Virus record (IMG/VR): IMGVR_UViG_3300046520_000074
DNA: 55,897 nucleotides
Reading direction: 5' to 3' (one strand)
DNA from: a virus
A program made the translations under genes and the position numbers. Below, piece after piece: positions 24,796 through 32,696 of this stretch (the stretch's first letter is position 1; each line of letters opens with the position of its first letter). The notes below the pieces were generated by a model. The model worked only from the letters and a program-made list of their open reading frames with translations. It made no database searches and was not told where the DNA came from.

Positions 24796-25926
24796 TCAGT
24801 ACTGGATAGCGATTGCTGGGATCTTGCGCAGTGCGATCAAGGTGATTGCCTGCTTCGCGCATTCCTCGGTCATGCCGCCGGCGACGAAAGCGTCCAGGGC
24901 GGCACGGTTGATCCTGGTCTTGTGCGCCTTGTCAGCTTCGCGGGCTTCCTGCTGCCGGAGGATCTCGGCAGCGGCAGCATCAGCCCGGCGGCGCTCGTCG
25001 ATGCGCGCTTGCTCAGCGGCTTGCTCGGCCCGCTGTTCTGCCGCGATGCGGCTGGCTTCTGCCTGCTCGGCTGCCCGCTGGGCTTGCTGGGCCTGTAACT
25101 GAAGCTGAAGGCGCTGGTTCTCTGCGGCTGCTTCAGCATCGCGGGCCGCTTGCTCTGCGGCCAACTGATTGGCTGCGGCCTGGTCCCGTAGCTCCTGCTC
25201 CCGGCGTGCCGCTGCATCGCGCTCAGCCTGGGCCTGTTGTTCGGCTTGGAGTCGGGCCTGTTCAGCCGCTGCCCGGGCAATCTCTGCATCCCGGTCGCGC
25301 TGGGCCTGCGCTTCTGCCTCGGTGCGCAGCCGGACCAACTCGGCCTGTTCGGTTTCGTACCGCGCTCGCTCGGTGTGCAGGGCGCGCAGCTTGATCAGCG
25401 TCTGGTCTTTCACCTGGGCGGCCTCGGCCAAGAACTCTTCCCACGAATCGTCCAGTGCCAGCAGCTCCAGGTCGCCAATGATTTGTGCAACGTGCGCAGC
25501 GGTCGGCGACTCTTCGAATCGAGCCAGAGCCTTGATGGCATCTATCTCGTCGCTGTGCTTGGCGACCCTGGCATCTTCGGCAGCCTGCCAATCGTCTAGG
25601 GGCTTCCTAACCTCCTTCTGCCATGCTTCGAGGGTGTCCCATACGCGCTTGCGCTCAGCGTCGATCAGCTTGGGGATTTCCTTTTGCTTGGCGGAAATCT
25701 CTTTCCCCACCGCTTCAAGTGCAGTTTTCGATTTTGCAATCGAGTGCGCCATCGATGCGTAAGCCTCGCGGCCTTTGCGAGTTTTGAGGTCGGGCAGCAC
25801 CTTCTTGAACTCGTCGACCTTTGCTCGCACCTGGTCAAGCCAAGGGTCAAGCCCGTTCGGTTTGCTGTAGACGGCCAGGGCGGTTTCAGCGGGCGGCACC
25901 ACGGCCAGTTCGGTATTTGCGGACAC
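24796..25926 (-). CDS. Coiled-coil protein with an Ala/Glu/Gln-rich low-complexity centre
   Basis: GTG start with an aagga RBS. 376 aa. Confidence 0.65.
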   Translation of the reverse strand: MSANTELAVVPPAETALAVYSKPNGLDPWLDQVRAKVDEFKKVLPDLKTRKGREAYASMAHSIAKSKTALEAVGKEISAKQKEIPKLIDAERKRVWDTLEAWQKEVRKPLDDWQAAEDARVAKHSDEIDAIKALARFEESPTAAHVAQIIGDLELLALDDSWEEFLAEAAQVKDQTLIKLRALHTERARYETEQAELVRLRTEAEAQAQRDRDAEIARAAAEQARLQAEQQAQAERDAAARREQELRDQAAANQLAAEQAARDAEAAAENQRLQLQLQAQQAQRAAEQAEASRIAAEQRAEQAAEQARIDERRRADAAAAEILRQQEAREADKAHKTRINRAALDAFVAGGMTEECAKQAITLIALRKIPAIAIQY

Positions 25927-25970
25927 GAGCGAATCCTTGCCGCGACGTGCGCAGCGTTTGAAGGTGTGAG

Positions 25971-26087
25971 TTAGGAGGTGATGCGATCAGCGAGTGCGCT
26001 CATCAGCATCAGGAAGGTCCAAAAGGTGATGGCCGAGAACGACCCTCGCCAGATCAGGATGCGCCTAGCGCGCTGATGGCCGGTCAC
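25971..26087 (-). CDS. Possible small hydrophobic peptide (38 aa)
   Basis: GTGA overlap with the upstream small ORF. AITFWTFLMLMSAL segment. It is below the ORF-track size cut-off. Confidence 0.3.
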   Translation of the reverse strand: MTGHQRARRILIWRGSFSAITFWTFLMLMSALADRITS

Positions 26088-26203
26088 CGAAGCATCTGGG
26101 AGAGTTGAGGCGGCAGGCATACGCCACGGTCTTCTTGCCGGGCAATGTGCTCGAGCATGAGCACAAGAAGGGCGGCGACAAGCATCCAGTAGAGGAACTT
26201 CAT
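26084..26203 (-). CDS. Possible small membrane peptide (39 aa)
   Basis: ATGA overlap with the 26200 stop. MKFLYWMLVAALLVLMLEH. Confidence 0.4.
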   Translation of the reverse strand: MKFLYWMLVAALLVLMLEHIARQEDRGVCLPPQLSQMLR

Positions 26204-26409
26204 GGCGCCACCTTCACCGCATAGGCGACAGTCCATTCACCACAAAGGCAGGCCCGGCCACTCCAGGCATGTACGTTCGGGATGCCAGCGTCATGAGCGA
26301 GCGAAAGGGCGCCCAGCCACTTGGTGTGGGTGAAGGCCAGGATCATGCGGTCGGCGGGCAGCTCTTCGATCTGCTCGTCGATCAGTGATTTCACGATAGG
26401 GGTGGTCAT
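26200..26409 (-). CDS. Hypothetical protein
   Basis: 69-aa ORF, translationally coupled on both sides. Confidence 0.55.
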   Translation of the reverse strand: MTTPIVKSLIDEQIEELPADRMILAFTHTKWLGALSLAHDAGIPNVHAWSGRACLCGEWTVAYAVKVAP

Positions 26410-26621
26410 GCCGAAGCCCTCTTGAGGTAGTCGTTGCGCTCGCAGAACTTCAAGTCCAGCTTGTCGCGGTAGGCGTTGGCCTCGTGCCGGTTGAGCAGGT
26501 CGATGAACTCGGCCATCTCGATCATGCCCATGACGAAGGTCCGGTCTGGCCCAGGGCAGTGGGAGCGGGAGACCTTGGCAATCTCCAGGTCGATGGCAGC
26601 CTTGGCTTTATCGGCGCTCAT
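26406..26621 (-). CDS. Hypothetical protein
   Basis: 71-aa ORF, coupled to its neighbours. Confidence 0.55.
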   Translation of the reverse strand: MSADKAKAAIDLEIAKVSRSHCPGPDRTFVMGMIEMAEFIDLLNRHEANAYRDKLDLKFCERNDYLKRASA

Positions 26622-27040
26622 AATTCGTTGTCCTCTGCCTGGGCGATCAGTGCGTCATCAGCCAAGGGCTCAAGTAGGGCCTGTGCGATTTCGCCGAGCT
26701 TGCCGAAGGGGTGGTCGCTGGGGCCGAGCAGTTCGGCGATGGCGTTCTTGTCGGCCCGACCATCTGCCGACAGCAGCAGCCAGCCCAGCGCCGGGGTGTG
26801 GACCTTGCAGTCCGCCAGCCTGTTGTTCACGTGCTCATCCACGGCCAGGGCCAGGGCTGCCACGGTGACGACCCGGGCTTGTTGCCAGCGGCGCCGGACC
26901 TTCACATCCACGCCACGCAGCAGGTCCTCAGTCGCGCTGTACAACCACTCAGCCCGAGCAACCTCACGTGGGCTCTCGCTCACCATCGGAGGCAACTGCT
27001 CGTCGTGCATGGCCTGACAAATCTTCAGTGCTGCGTTCAT
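26618..27040 (-). CDS. Hypothetical protein
   Basis: Start at MNAALKICQ with a ggaggc RBS. The longer ORF to 27142 would overlap the small Zn-protein gene. Confidence 0.55.
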   Translation of the reverse strand: MNAALKICQAMHDEQLPPMVSESPREVARAEWLYSATEDLLRGVDVKVRRRWQQARVVTVAALALAVDEHVNNRLADCKVHTPALGWLLLSADGRADKNAIAELLGPSDHPFGKLGEIAQALLEPLADDALIAQAEDNEL

Positions 27041-27059
27041 GGTTGCCTCCAGATCGGCG

Positions 27060-27209
27060 TTATTGGGCTTTCTGTTTCTCTTGCCTTGCCTTGATGGCGC
27101 AGTCGGCATGCTGGGTTCGCCAGCCGCCCGCATGGCGCTCAAAGTGGCCTTGTCCGACCTCGACGCGCTGGTTGCAGCGGTAGCAGGTGCCGGGGTGCTT
27201 GTTGCGCAT
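27060..27209 (-). CDS. Small Cys/His protein (49 aa)
   Basis: MRNKHPGTCYRCNQRVEVGQGHFERH...HADC. It is below the ORF-track cut-off. Confidence 0.5.
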   Translation of the reverse strand: MRNKHPGTCYRCNQRVEVGQGHFERHAGGWRTQHADCAIKARQEKQKAQ

Positions 27210-27214
27210 GGCGG

Positions 27215-27712
27215 CTACTCGGAAGGCGGGGCGGGGATTTCGTGCCAGTGCGTCGGCGTGATGTCACAACGGTCGCCGTCGATGTAGCGCCACGGCCGAT
27301 GTTCGTTACCGCAGGTCATGGCGAAGAAAGGACCGTCGTTGGTCTTCTTACCCAGGCGATACACCAGAACCTTCTGCCGAATTGGTGGCAGCCTGTCGCT
27401 GCACTTGATCCAATCACTCGTGGCGACCTCTAGTGTTTGGGATTGGGCGGTGGCTTTGGCGATTGCAGCCTCTGCATCAGCCAGAGCCGCGTGGTACTTG
27501 CTGAGGTTTGCGGCGCCAAGCCGGGCTAGGCCAACCAGATTGCTAAGGCTTTCCAGAAGCTCAGGCGCGGCGACGATCAGCTTGGCGTTGGCTATCCCTT
27601 CGTCGTTGCTGATTCTCACGTCCGCCACTTTGCGGTCGCCCCCAGCGTCCCTAACCACGCTTCCATTCCTGATCCACGGCTTCGGCGTGTGCTTGCTCAT
27701 GACTATCTCCAT
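27215..27712 (-). CDS. Ead/Ea22-like N-terminus plus DUF551-like C-terminus
   Basis: HTPKPW...AKLIVAAPELLESL; C-terminal WIKCSDRLPP...THWHEIPAPP. Confidence 0.65.
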   Translation of the reverse strand: MEIVMSKHTPKPWIRNGSVVRDAGGDRKVADVRISNDEGIANAKLIVAAPELLESLSNLVGLARLGAANLSKYHAALADAEAAIAKATAQSQTLEVATSDWIKCSDRLPPIRQKVLVYRLGKKTNDGPFFAMTCGNEHRPWRYIDGDRCDITPTHWHEIPAPPSE

Positions 27713-27821
27713 CTGGTTGATCCAACAAATTCCGGCTGCACACGATCCTTCCGCTGTTTGCCGTTGGGCGCGGTGTCATGTGCATGCGGGATTGGTCGGT
27801 GACCTGTGGGGACGAGAAGTG

Positions 27822-27851
27822 AAAAGGCCCAACTCGACAGAAAGGCCTTTT
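27822..27851. terminator. Symmetric hairpin, possible bidirectional terminator inside the early operon
   Basis: aaaaggcc-14 nt-ggcctttt. Confidence 0.4.
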
Positions 27852-27865
27852 CGAATGATGCAGCT

Positions 27866-28036
27866 TCAGGTCGAGTATTTGGATCGGGGCAGCGTGCGCC
27901 AGAACGAACGCCGACCCTCAGTACATCGCCAGCGCTCACGATGTAAGCGCAGTGGACCGGTTGGCAGGCCGTCATCAGGTGGCGGTTCTGGCCGCGCATG
28001 GCTGAGCGCTGCGCCGATCAGGAATATCTGGAGCAT
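27866..28036 (-). CDS. Possible 56-aa ORF
   Basis: ggagatagatATG RBS. MLQIFLIGAALS start. It lies in a 435-bp gap that otherwise has no gene call. Confidence 0.3.
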   Translation of the reverse strand: MLQIFLIGAALSHARPEPPPDDGLPTGPLRLHRERWRCTEGRRSFWRTLPRSKYST

Positions 28037-28147
28037 ATCTATCTCCAATTTGGAGCAGGTGGCCGGCACTGCCCGGCATGTATCAGGCCTTGCCGCTCGT
28101 ACCTGAGCAGCACCGCGATTCACCTGCGATGAGAAGCAATAAATGGA

Positions 28148-28750
28148 TCAATGAATAGACAATCTGCGGACGGGGCGGACGCGGAGCTCGTAGAACTTGA
28201 AGCTGGTGCCCTGAGTGCCAGCAACGAAGTACATGAGGAAGGCGTCGTAGGCGGAGCGCTGCGAACTGCTCCAGTGCCACTCCTTCTCAAACAGCTCCGG
28301 CACGTTCGCCATGCACAGGGCCAGCTCGTCGATGGCTGGCAGGTAGAGATCCTTGTGGCCCTCGACAGTGAGGCCGTCGCACCACTGGGCGGCCGGGTGG
28401 TTCTGGTCGGAGCCTTCAACCAGGTGAAGCGTGTTCGCCAGGCCATCCCGGCGGCTTGCCGCTTCCGGCTCATCCACCTCATAGCCGCCAAAGGCCAGCT
28501 TCTTGCCCTTGACCGATTCGTGAGTGGGGACGATCACCCAGTAATCAGGGGTGCCGTTCTCTCCGCGCATCAGGCCGGCATTCACACCGCCTTGGCCGGC
28601 CCAATACTCGCCGATGGCCGGGGCCGAGATTGCGAACGTGGCAGGCTGAGCGCTCATCGACAAGGTCGCCAGTTTCAGCACCATCGATTCGTCAGGACTG
28701 CTGATCATTAGGTCGCCACGGGTGTAGGTGGTCAGTTGAGTTGCTTGCAT
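28148..28750 (-). CDS. DGR target protein 3 (remote; DUF1566 / C-type-lectin-fold-like)
   Basis: Start at MQATQL with an aaggaa RBS. GEYWAGQGGVNAGLM...DLYLPAIDEL...WHWSSSQRSA...ELRVRPVRR. VR3 occupies the C-terminus. Confidence 0.85.
   Translation of the reverse strand: MQATQLTTYTRGDLMISSPDESMVLKLATLSMSAQPATFAISAPAIGEYWAGQGGVNAGLMRGENGTPDYWVIVPTHESVKGKKLAFGGYEVDEPEAASRRDGLANTLHLVEGSDQNHPAAQWCDGLTVEGHKDLYLPAIDELALCMANVPELFEKEWHWSSSQRSAYDAFLMYFVAGTQGTSFKFYELRVRPVRRLSIH
28161..28264 (-). repeat. DGR variable repeat VR3
   Basis: 104 bp alignable to the TR. 17 differences at TR adenines plus one at a TR guanine (codon GAC in TR versus TTC in VR3). Peptide SQRSAYDAFLMYFVAGTQGTSFKFYELRVRPVR. Confidence 0.88.
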
Positions 28751-28976
28751 GGGGTTATTCCTTGTCGGGGATGTTGGGCCGCATTGGGGTGTGATCTGTG
28801 CGGAAGGCAAGTCCCGCTTTGCGCCTCGGAGTGCGCCCCCTCAAGCCACGCTCCGGTGATTTCTCACTGCCTGGTCGTGGTCTCGCGTTCTTCCCGAGGT
28901 TGCGAACCCTCGCTTTTCGGCTAGTTGCCAGCGCCTTAATGTCTGCTGGCAGTTCAGATCACACCCCGATGCGCTC

Positions 28977-29174
28977 TCATAGAGAGGATCGGGCAGCAGC
29001 CTTGCAGTCGGCCGCCGTCATTCGATGGCCGTCTTCGCACTCAACTACGCGCACGCCACTGGTGTAGCCACGCTCAGCGTTGAGCCTGTTTGCCTCGCGG
29101 ATGCAGGCATCCAGGTCTTCATCGGCAAACACCTGCAACTCTCCGTGCAGGGTGATGTGAAGGACCTTGTTCAT
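28977..29174 (-). CDS. Hypothetical protein
   Basis: 65-aa ORF in the leftward operon. Confidence 0.5.
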   Translation of the reverse strand: MNKVLHITLHGELQVFADEDLDACIREANRLNAERGYTSGVRVVECEDGHRMTAADCKAAARSSL

Positions 29175-29189
29175 CGTCTTGCCCTCGCT

Positions 29190-29432
29190 TCACGCAACCT
29201 TTTCGAGAACTTCCCGGCTGAAGGCCTGAATGTTCATGTGTGCCTTGACCGTCATTGCCTGGCGCTGCTTGATGTGGCTGCGCATCGCAAGGTCTGCTAT
29301 GTCGGCTGGGTCAGCTTCGAGTGCTGCAATCGCCTCATCTACTCCGCCGAACCACTTCTCCAGCAGCCTGGCGCAGGAAGCGGCGGCTTCGCTAACCACC
29401 TCATCACTCACTTCAAAAACTGAAGTACTCAT
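29190..29432 (-). CDS. Hypothetical protein
   Basis: 80-aa ORF. Confidence 0.5.
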   Translation of the reverse strand: MSTSVFEVSDEVVSEAAASCARLLEKWFGGVDEAIAALEADPADIADLAMRSHIKQRQAMTVKAHMNIQAFSREVLEKVA

Positions 29433-29640
29433 TACGTGCCTCCCGGTTGCTTTCCCAATGCACCCGGTCGCCCAGGTGCATCAGTGAAAAATCCGTATTG
29501 CTCGCGCCTCCTACCGGGTCATTCGCCAGTTCGGTCAACACCTCGTCCGCCGTCGCAGTTCTGCGCGTTGGTAGCCTTTCGGGGCTATCGGATCGCCGGT
29601 CGCCAGCAGTGGCAGCGCGATTTTTTTCACCTGACTTCAT
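29413..29640 (-). CDS. First gene downstream of the PL-like promoter; Arg-rich N-terminus (N-like antiterminator candidate by position only)
   Basis: GDRRSDSPERLPTRRTA basic stretch. No sequence similarity to lambda N is claimed. Confidence 0.45.
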   Translation of the reverse strand: MKSGEKNRAATAGDRRSDSPERLPTRRTATADEVLTELANDPVGGASNTDFSLMHLGDRVHWESNREARNEYFSF

Positions 29641-29763
29641 CTCGCCCCACAGGTGTGGCCGGGGCTGACCTCCCAGCGTTAGCCGGGTAATCGTTTATGG
29701 CGCGGATTGTTAAAGAGCGGCGCGGCTTTCGCTGCTGGGCCGGTGTTGCTTGGCTTGGAACAA

Positions 29764-29808
29764 ACATTACTAGCGATAATATTAATCGTCAAGACCGCAG
29801 GTAATAAA
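29764..29808 (-). promoter_or_regulatory. PL-like promoter with operator
   Basis: Minus strand TTGACG-17 nt-TAATGT. The motif aagaccgcaggtaataa (29791-29807) overlaps the -35 and recurs in the cI/cro intergenic region. Confidence 0.55.
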
Positions 29809-29868
29809 AATTATCACGGACAATAAAAAGCCCACTCGGTGGCGGGCTCGGGGATGGGGTGGGGCGGC

Positions 29869-30120
29869 TCAGGCTTCGCAGTATTCGCGCCAGCCGATCC
29901 TGACGGTTCCGTCCTCCAGTCGTTCTATTCGAACGCCGCTGGTTTCTTCAATTTCCTGAAGGACCTGGTGCCAGGCCTCCGAGCTTTCATCCTCACGTCT
30001 GGATACGACGACGGCCTGCGTCTTTTGAACGGCAGGCGAGGCGATGAGGCGCTGGATTCGCCGCCCCACAAGTTCGTAGGAATTCTTTGGTTGCAGTTTG
30101 ACGGCTGCGATCTGCTGCAT
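29869..30120 (-). CDS. Small protein under a LexA box (function unknown)
   Basis: 83 aa with a strong RBS (aaggag). An SOS box lies 20 nt upstream. Confidence 0.65.
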   Translation of the reverse strand: MQQIAAVKLQPKNSYELVGRRIQRLIASPAVQKTQAVVVSRREDESSEAWHQVLQEIEETSGVRIERLEDGTVRIGWREYCEA

Positions 30121-30139
30121 ATTGCGCTCCTTGTTTTAG

Positions 30140-30155
30140 CTGTATGTATATACAG
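30140..30155. promoter_or_regulatory. LexA (SOS) box
   Basis: ctgtatgtatatacag = CTGT-N8-ACAG. Confidence 0.7.
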
Positions 30156-30219
30156 TATTGATCCTGACGTATTTTGGCAAGAGCGTGGGTGGCGATTAGC
30201 TTTCATTCTTGATTTGGCA

Positions 30220-30244
30220 CAAAAAAGCCCGCACTTGGCGGGCT
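30220..30244 (-). terminator. Rho-independent terminator after the membrane-protein gene
   Basis: Minus strand agcccgc-caagt-gcgggct followed by tttttt. Confidence 0.75.
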
Positions 30245-30261
30245 TCGTCATCGCTGGATGT

Positions 30262-30816
30262 TTAGGTGACTGGCTCGATCAGAAATAGCTCTCCATGCAG
30301 ATCGCAGTGGGATATCAGACTTTCGCGTGCACTAGCTGCCTCGGATTCAGAGGGGAACGGGCCAGCAATTAAGAGTTTTGGGGTGCCTTTAGTCAGCGGT
30401 AGTCCGATACGCTTGATGGCCTTGGTTGCTTCTGCATGCTGCCAGGGCTCGCACTCTATCTGCACAGCCCAACCGTGCGCCAAAGGAGCTTGTCCGGAGC
30501 GAGATGGAGAAACGTCGGCGCCGCAATGTCTGCATTTGATTGCTGCGTTTTTAATGGGCTCTGCACAAAGCGGGCAGGGCCGCGTGTCGAATTGCGCTGC
30601 TGTTTGCGCTGCCGAGGTCTTGCCTCCAAGCAGAACCATTAGCAAGCCTGCAAGCGCTATCATCCCGCCAACAATAGTGTGTATCTGGCGGTCAGCCATG
30701 AGCCCCAGGTTGTTCACTCTGCCGCCGGCGCCTGTAGCGACAGATACGTCCATGCTCAACGCGAACACCAGCCAGCAGATGCCGATGATCAGTGCAAGCG
30801 TTCCAAATCCTTTCAT
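30262..30816 (-). CDS. Membrane protein with a zinc ribbon and a SPOR-like C-terminal domain
   Basis: Start at MKGFGTL. Two hydrophobic segments. CPLCAEPI..KCRHCG. C-terminal WAVQIE...LLIAGPFPSESEAASA resembles a SPOR fold. It is adjacent to cI. Confidence 0.7.
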   Translation of the reverse strand: MKGFGTLALIIGICWLVFALSMDVSVATGAGGRVNNLGLMADRQIHTIVGGMIALAGLLMVLLGGKTSAAQTAAQFDTRPCPLCAEPIKNAAIKCRHCGADVSPSRSGQAPLAHGWAVQIECEPWQHAEATKAIKRIGLPLTKGTPKLLIAGPFPSESEAASARESLISHCDLHGELFLIEPVT

Positions 30817-30921
30817 TGGATAACCCCCGAAATTGAGCACGCACTTTACCATCCGTGGCGTACGGCCACCATTGGCATGCTGGGAAGGGCATGTGCTGGA
30901 TCGGATTTGGGATTGATCAAG

Positions 30922-31662
30922 TTAGTAATGAAACTTCTGTGTTGCCTGCACCACGACGCCCACGATCCGGCAGTTCTCATCAAATACTTCCGTGGGGTAC
31001 CCGGGATTCAGCGGCTTCAGGAACAGCTTTCCGCCATCACTGACTAGCTTTTTGAAGGTTGCCTCATTGCTGTCGGGCAGCTTGGCTACGACCAGCTTGC
31101 CCGGCGCAGCTTCGACCTCTGTATCGACGAGGATCAGTGAGCCTTGGGCGATGCTGGTGCCAACCTGCGAGGTCATTGAGTCGCCCTTGACTTCAAGCCA
31201 GAACGCTGGGCCCTTCGAGTCGTATTCGGAAAACTCGTATCGATCTGAAAATCCAGCCGGGTAGGGCTCGACAGCTTCAGACCAAGCGCCGGCGGCAACC
31301 CAACTGATCACTGGGTAGCGGAAAGACTGCTTTGGTTGTCTCACTTCCCCCACGTTTGAATTCGAATCCTCAGAAAGGCGATCGATTTCTTTTGCCAGGC
31401 GCGCACTGAAGTCCGACACCGGGACTTGAAGGTAGCGAGCGAAGACAGCCGCCGCCTCGATGTTCAACGCGTTTCTGCCAGTCAAATAGTGGCTGGCTGC
31501 ACTTTGACTATTCGCCTTGAGTCCTTCAATGGCGATCTTCTCCTGGCTGATTCCCAGTTCCTTTTTCTTCGCCTTGTAAATCGCGTTAAGCGCAGCGCAC
31601 TCGGCCTTCTCAACCTCGGAAAGCTCGCGTTTTTTGGTCAGGTTTTTTTCAGTCGTTTTCAT
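30922..31662 (-). CDS. cI: CI-type repressor (HTH plus S24 autopeptidase)
   Basis: Close match in pattern to lambda cI: YPVISWVAAGAW (Ala-Gly cleavage site), FWLEVKGDSM, ATFKKL...LKPLNPGYP. Confidence 0.92.
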   Translation of the reverse strand: MKTTEKNLTKKRELSEVEKAECAALNAIYKAKKKELGISQEKIAIEGLKANSQSAASHYLTGRNALNIEAAAVFARYLQVPVSDFSARLAKEIDRLSEDSNSNVGEVRQPKQSFRYPVISWVAAGAWSEAVEPYPAGFSDRYEFSEYDSKGPAFWLEVKGDSMTSQVGTSIAQGSLILVDTEVEAAPGKLVVAKLPDSNEATFKKLVSDGGKLFLKPLNPGYPTEVFDENCRIVGVVVQATQKFHY

Positions 31663-31767
31663 CAGGCAACTGTATTACTTCAGGTATTAACATTCCAAGA
31701 CCGCCAATATTGACTTAATAAAGACCGCAAGTAATACTTACGCATGCATCACGCAGGAGAACCCCGT
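31663..31767. promoter_or_regulatory. OR region: divergent PRM/PR-like promoters with repeated operator motifs
   Basis: aagaccgc-N-a.taat motifs at 31697 and 31721. Inverted GTATTACTT (31672) and AAGTAATAC (31729). PR candidate TTGACT (31710-31715)-16 nt-TAATAC (31732-31737). Confidence 0.6.
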
Positions 31768-31968
31768 ATGCAACGCACACCACTGAAAGAGTTCGTGACA
31801 AAGGTCGGGCAGATCAAGGCTGCCGCCGCGCTTGGGCTTACCCAGGGCGGAATTAGCAAGGCGCTTAGGGCTGATCGCGAGGTTTATGTGATTGATCTCG
31901 GCGACGGCTCCTACAAGGCCGAAGAGATCAAGCCCTTCCCAGGCCAGGCCCAAAGGCTCGCCAGCTAA
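31768..31968 (+). CDS. cro: Cro-like repressor (HTH)
   Basis: MQRTPLKEFVTKVGQIKAAAALGLTQGGISKAL. Divergent from cI. Confidence 0.8.
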   Translation: MQRTPLKEFVTKVGQIKAAAALGLTQGGISKALRADREVYVIDLGDGSYKAEEIKPFPGQAQRLAS

Positions 31969-32022
31969 CTGAACATCCTTTCCACCGAATCATTGAAGCC
32001 AGATTAGAAGAGAGCGGCCCCC

Positions 32023-32625
32023 ATGGAAACGTCGAACTTGCGACACGAAACACGCGATGCGGTCTTGGTCGCTATTGCGCGAGACATGATCGCTCGTACG
32101 AGCATGAGCCAGGACGGCTTTGCAGAGCAGTTGAATCACCAGCTCTTTGATCGTGCGCCGGGGCGCTGCAAAGAGAAGGGGTTCCCTGATCTGCACGAAA
32201 TGACCAAAACCGCAGACATGCAGGCCTATGGCCGTGCCTACAAGGCATGGAGTAAGCGTGTAGAGCGCTGGCTGGACGACAGCGGCGAGCGCATCGAGAT
32301 CCCTTCGTGGATTGAAGAGTCATGGGTTTCCGCCCTTGATCAGCCCTGGCGCGATCGCGCATTGATTGAGCTGTCGAGCAGATACGGCCTTCTCGCCGTG
32401 AAGCAGGTAGGCGCGGGTATTGACGACGCGCTGCAGGTATTCGCCGGCATTTCGACAAGCTTTGGTCACGTCGCCGGACTGGGCGGGAAGGTTTTCGCTG
32501 ATGGCGTGTTTGACCATAAAGACAAGGGCTACGCCGAGTCCTTCGAATCTTTCTGCCGCTCACTAGCCGCCCATGCGGTTTCGATGGCCGATCAGGCTGC
32601 ATCGGTCAGATCAAAGATTCACTAA
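32023..32625 (+). CDS. Hypothetical protein in the cII position
   Basis: 200-aa ORF directly after cro. No recognisable domain. Confidence 0.55.
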   Translation: METSNLRHETRDAVLVAIARDMIARTSMSQDGFAEQLNHQLFDRAPGRCKEKGFPDLHEMTKTADMQAYGRAYKAWSKRVERWLDDSGERIEIPSWIEESWVSALDQPWRDRALIELSSRYGLLAVKQVGAGIDDALQVFAGISTSFGHVAGLGGKVFADGVFDHKDKGYAESFESFCRSLAAHAVSMADQAASVRSKIH

Positions 32626-32641
32626 ATCCCAGACACAAAAA

Positions 32642-32666
32642 AGCCGGGGTGCGATCCCGGCTCTTT
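32642..32666 (+). terminator. Hairpin terminator (tR1-like position)
   Basis: agccggg-gtgcgat-cccggct followed by cttt. Confidence 0.55.
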
Positions 32667-32696
32667 AAACAGCAACAAACTTGTGAGGGCGATTAT

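Noticed and set aside
24870-25330. Repetitive GC-rich stretch examined as a possible tandem repeat or CRISPR-like array
   Set aside because: It is the Ala/Glu/Gln/Arg low-complexity coiled-coil centre of the 376-aa protein. There are no regularly spaced identical repeats and spacers.
27318-28106. 262-aa plus-strand ORF spanning the gap downstream of DGR target 3
   Set aside because: It runs antisense through the well-supported Ea22/DUF551 gene (27215-27712). It has Ser/Arg/Leu/Ala-rich shadow-frame composition and no RBS.
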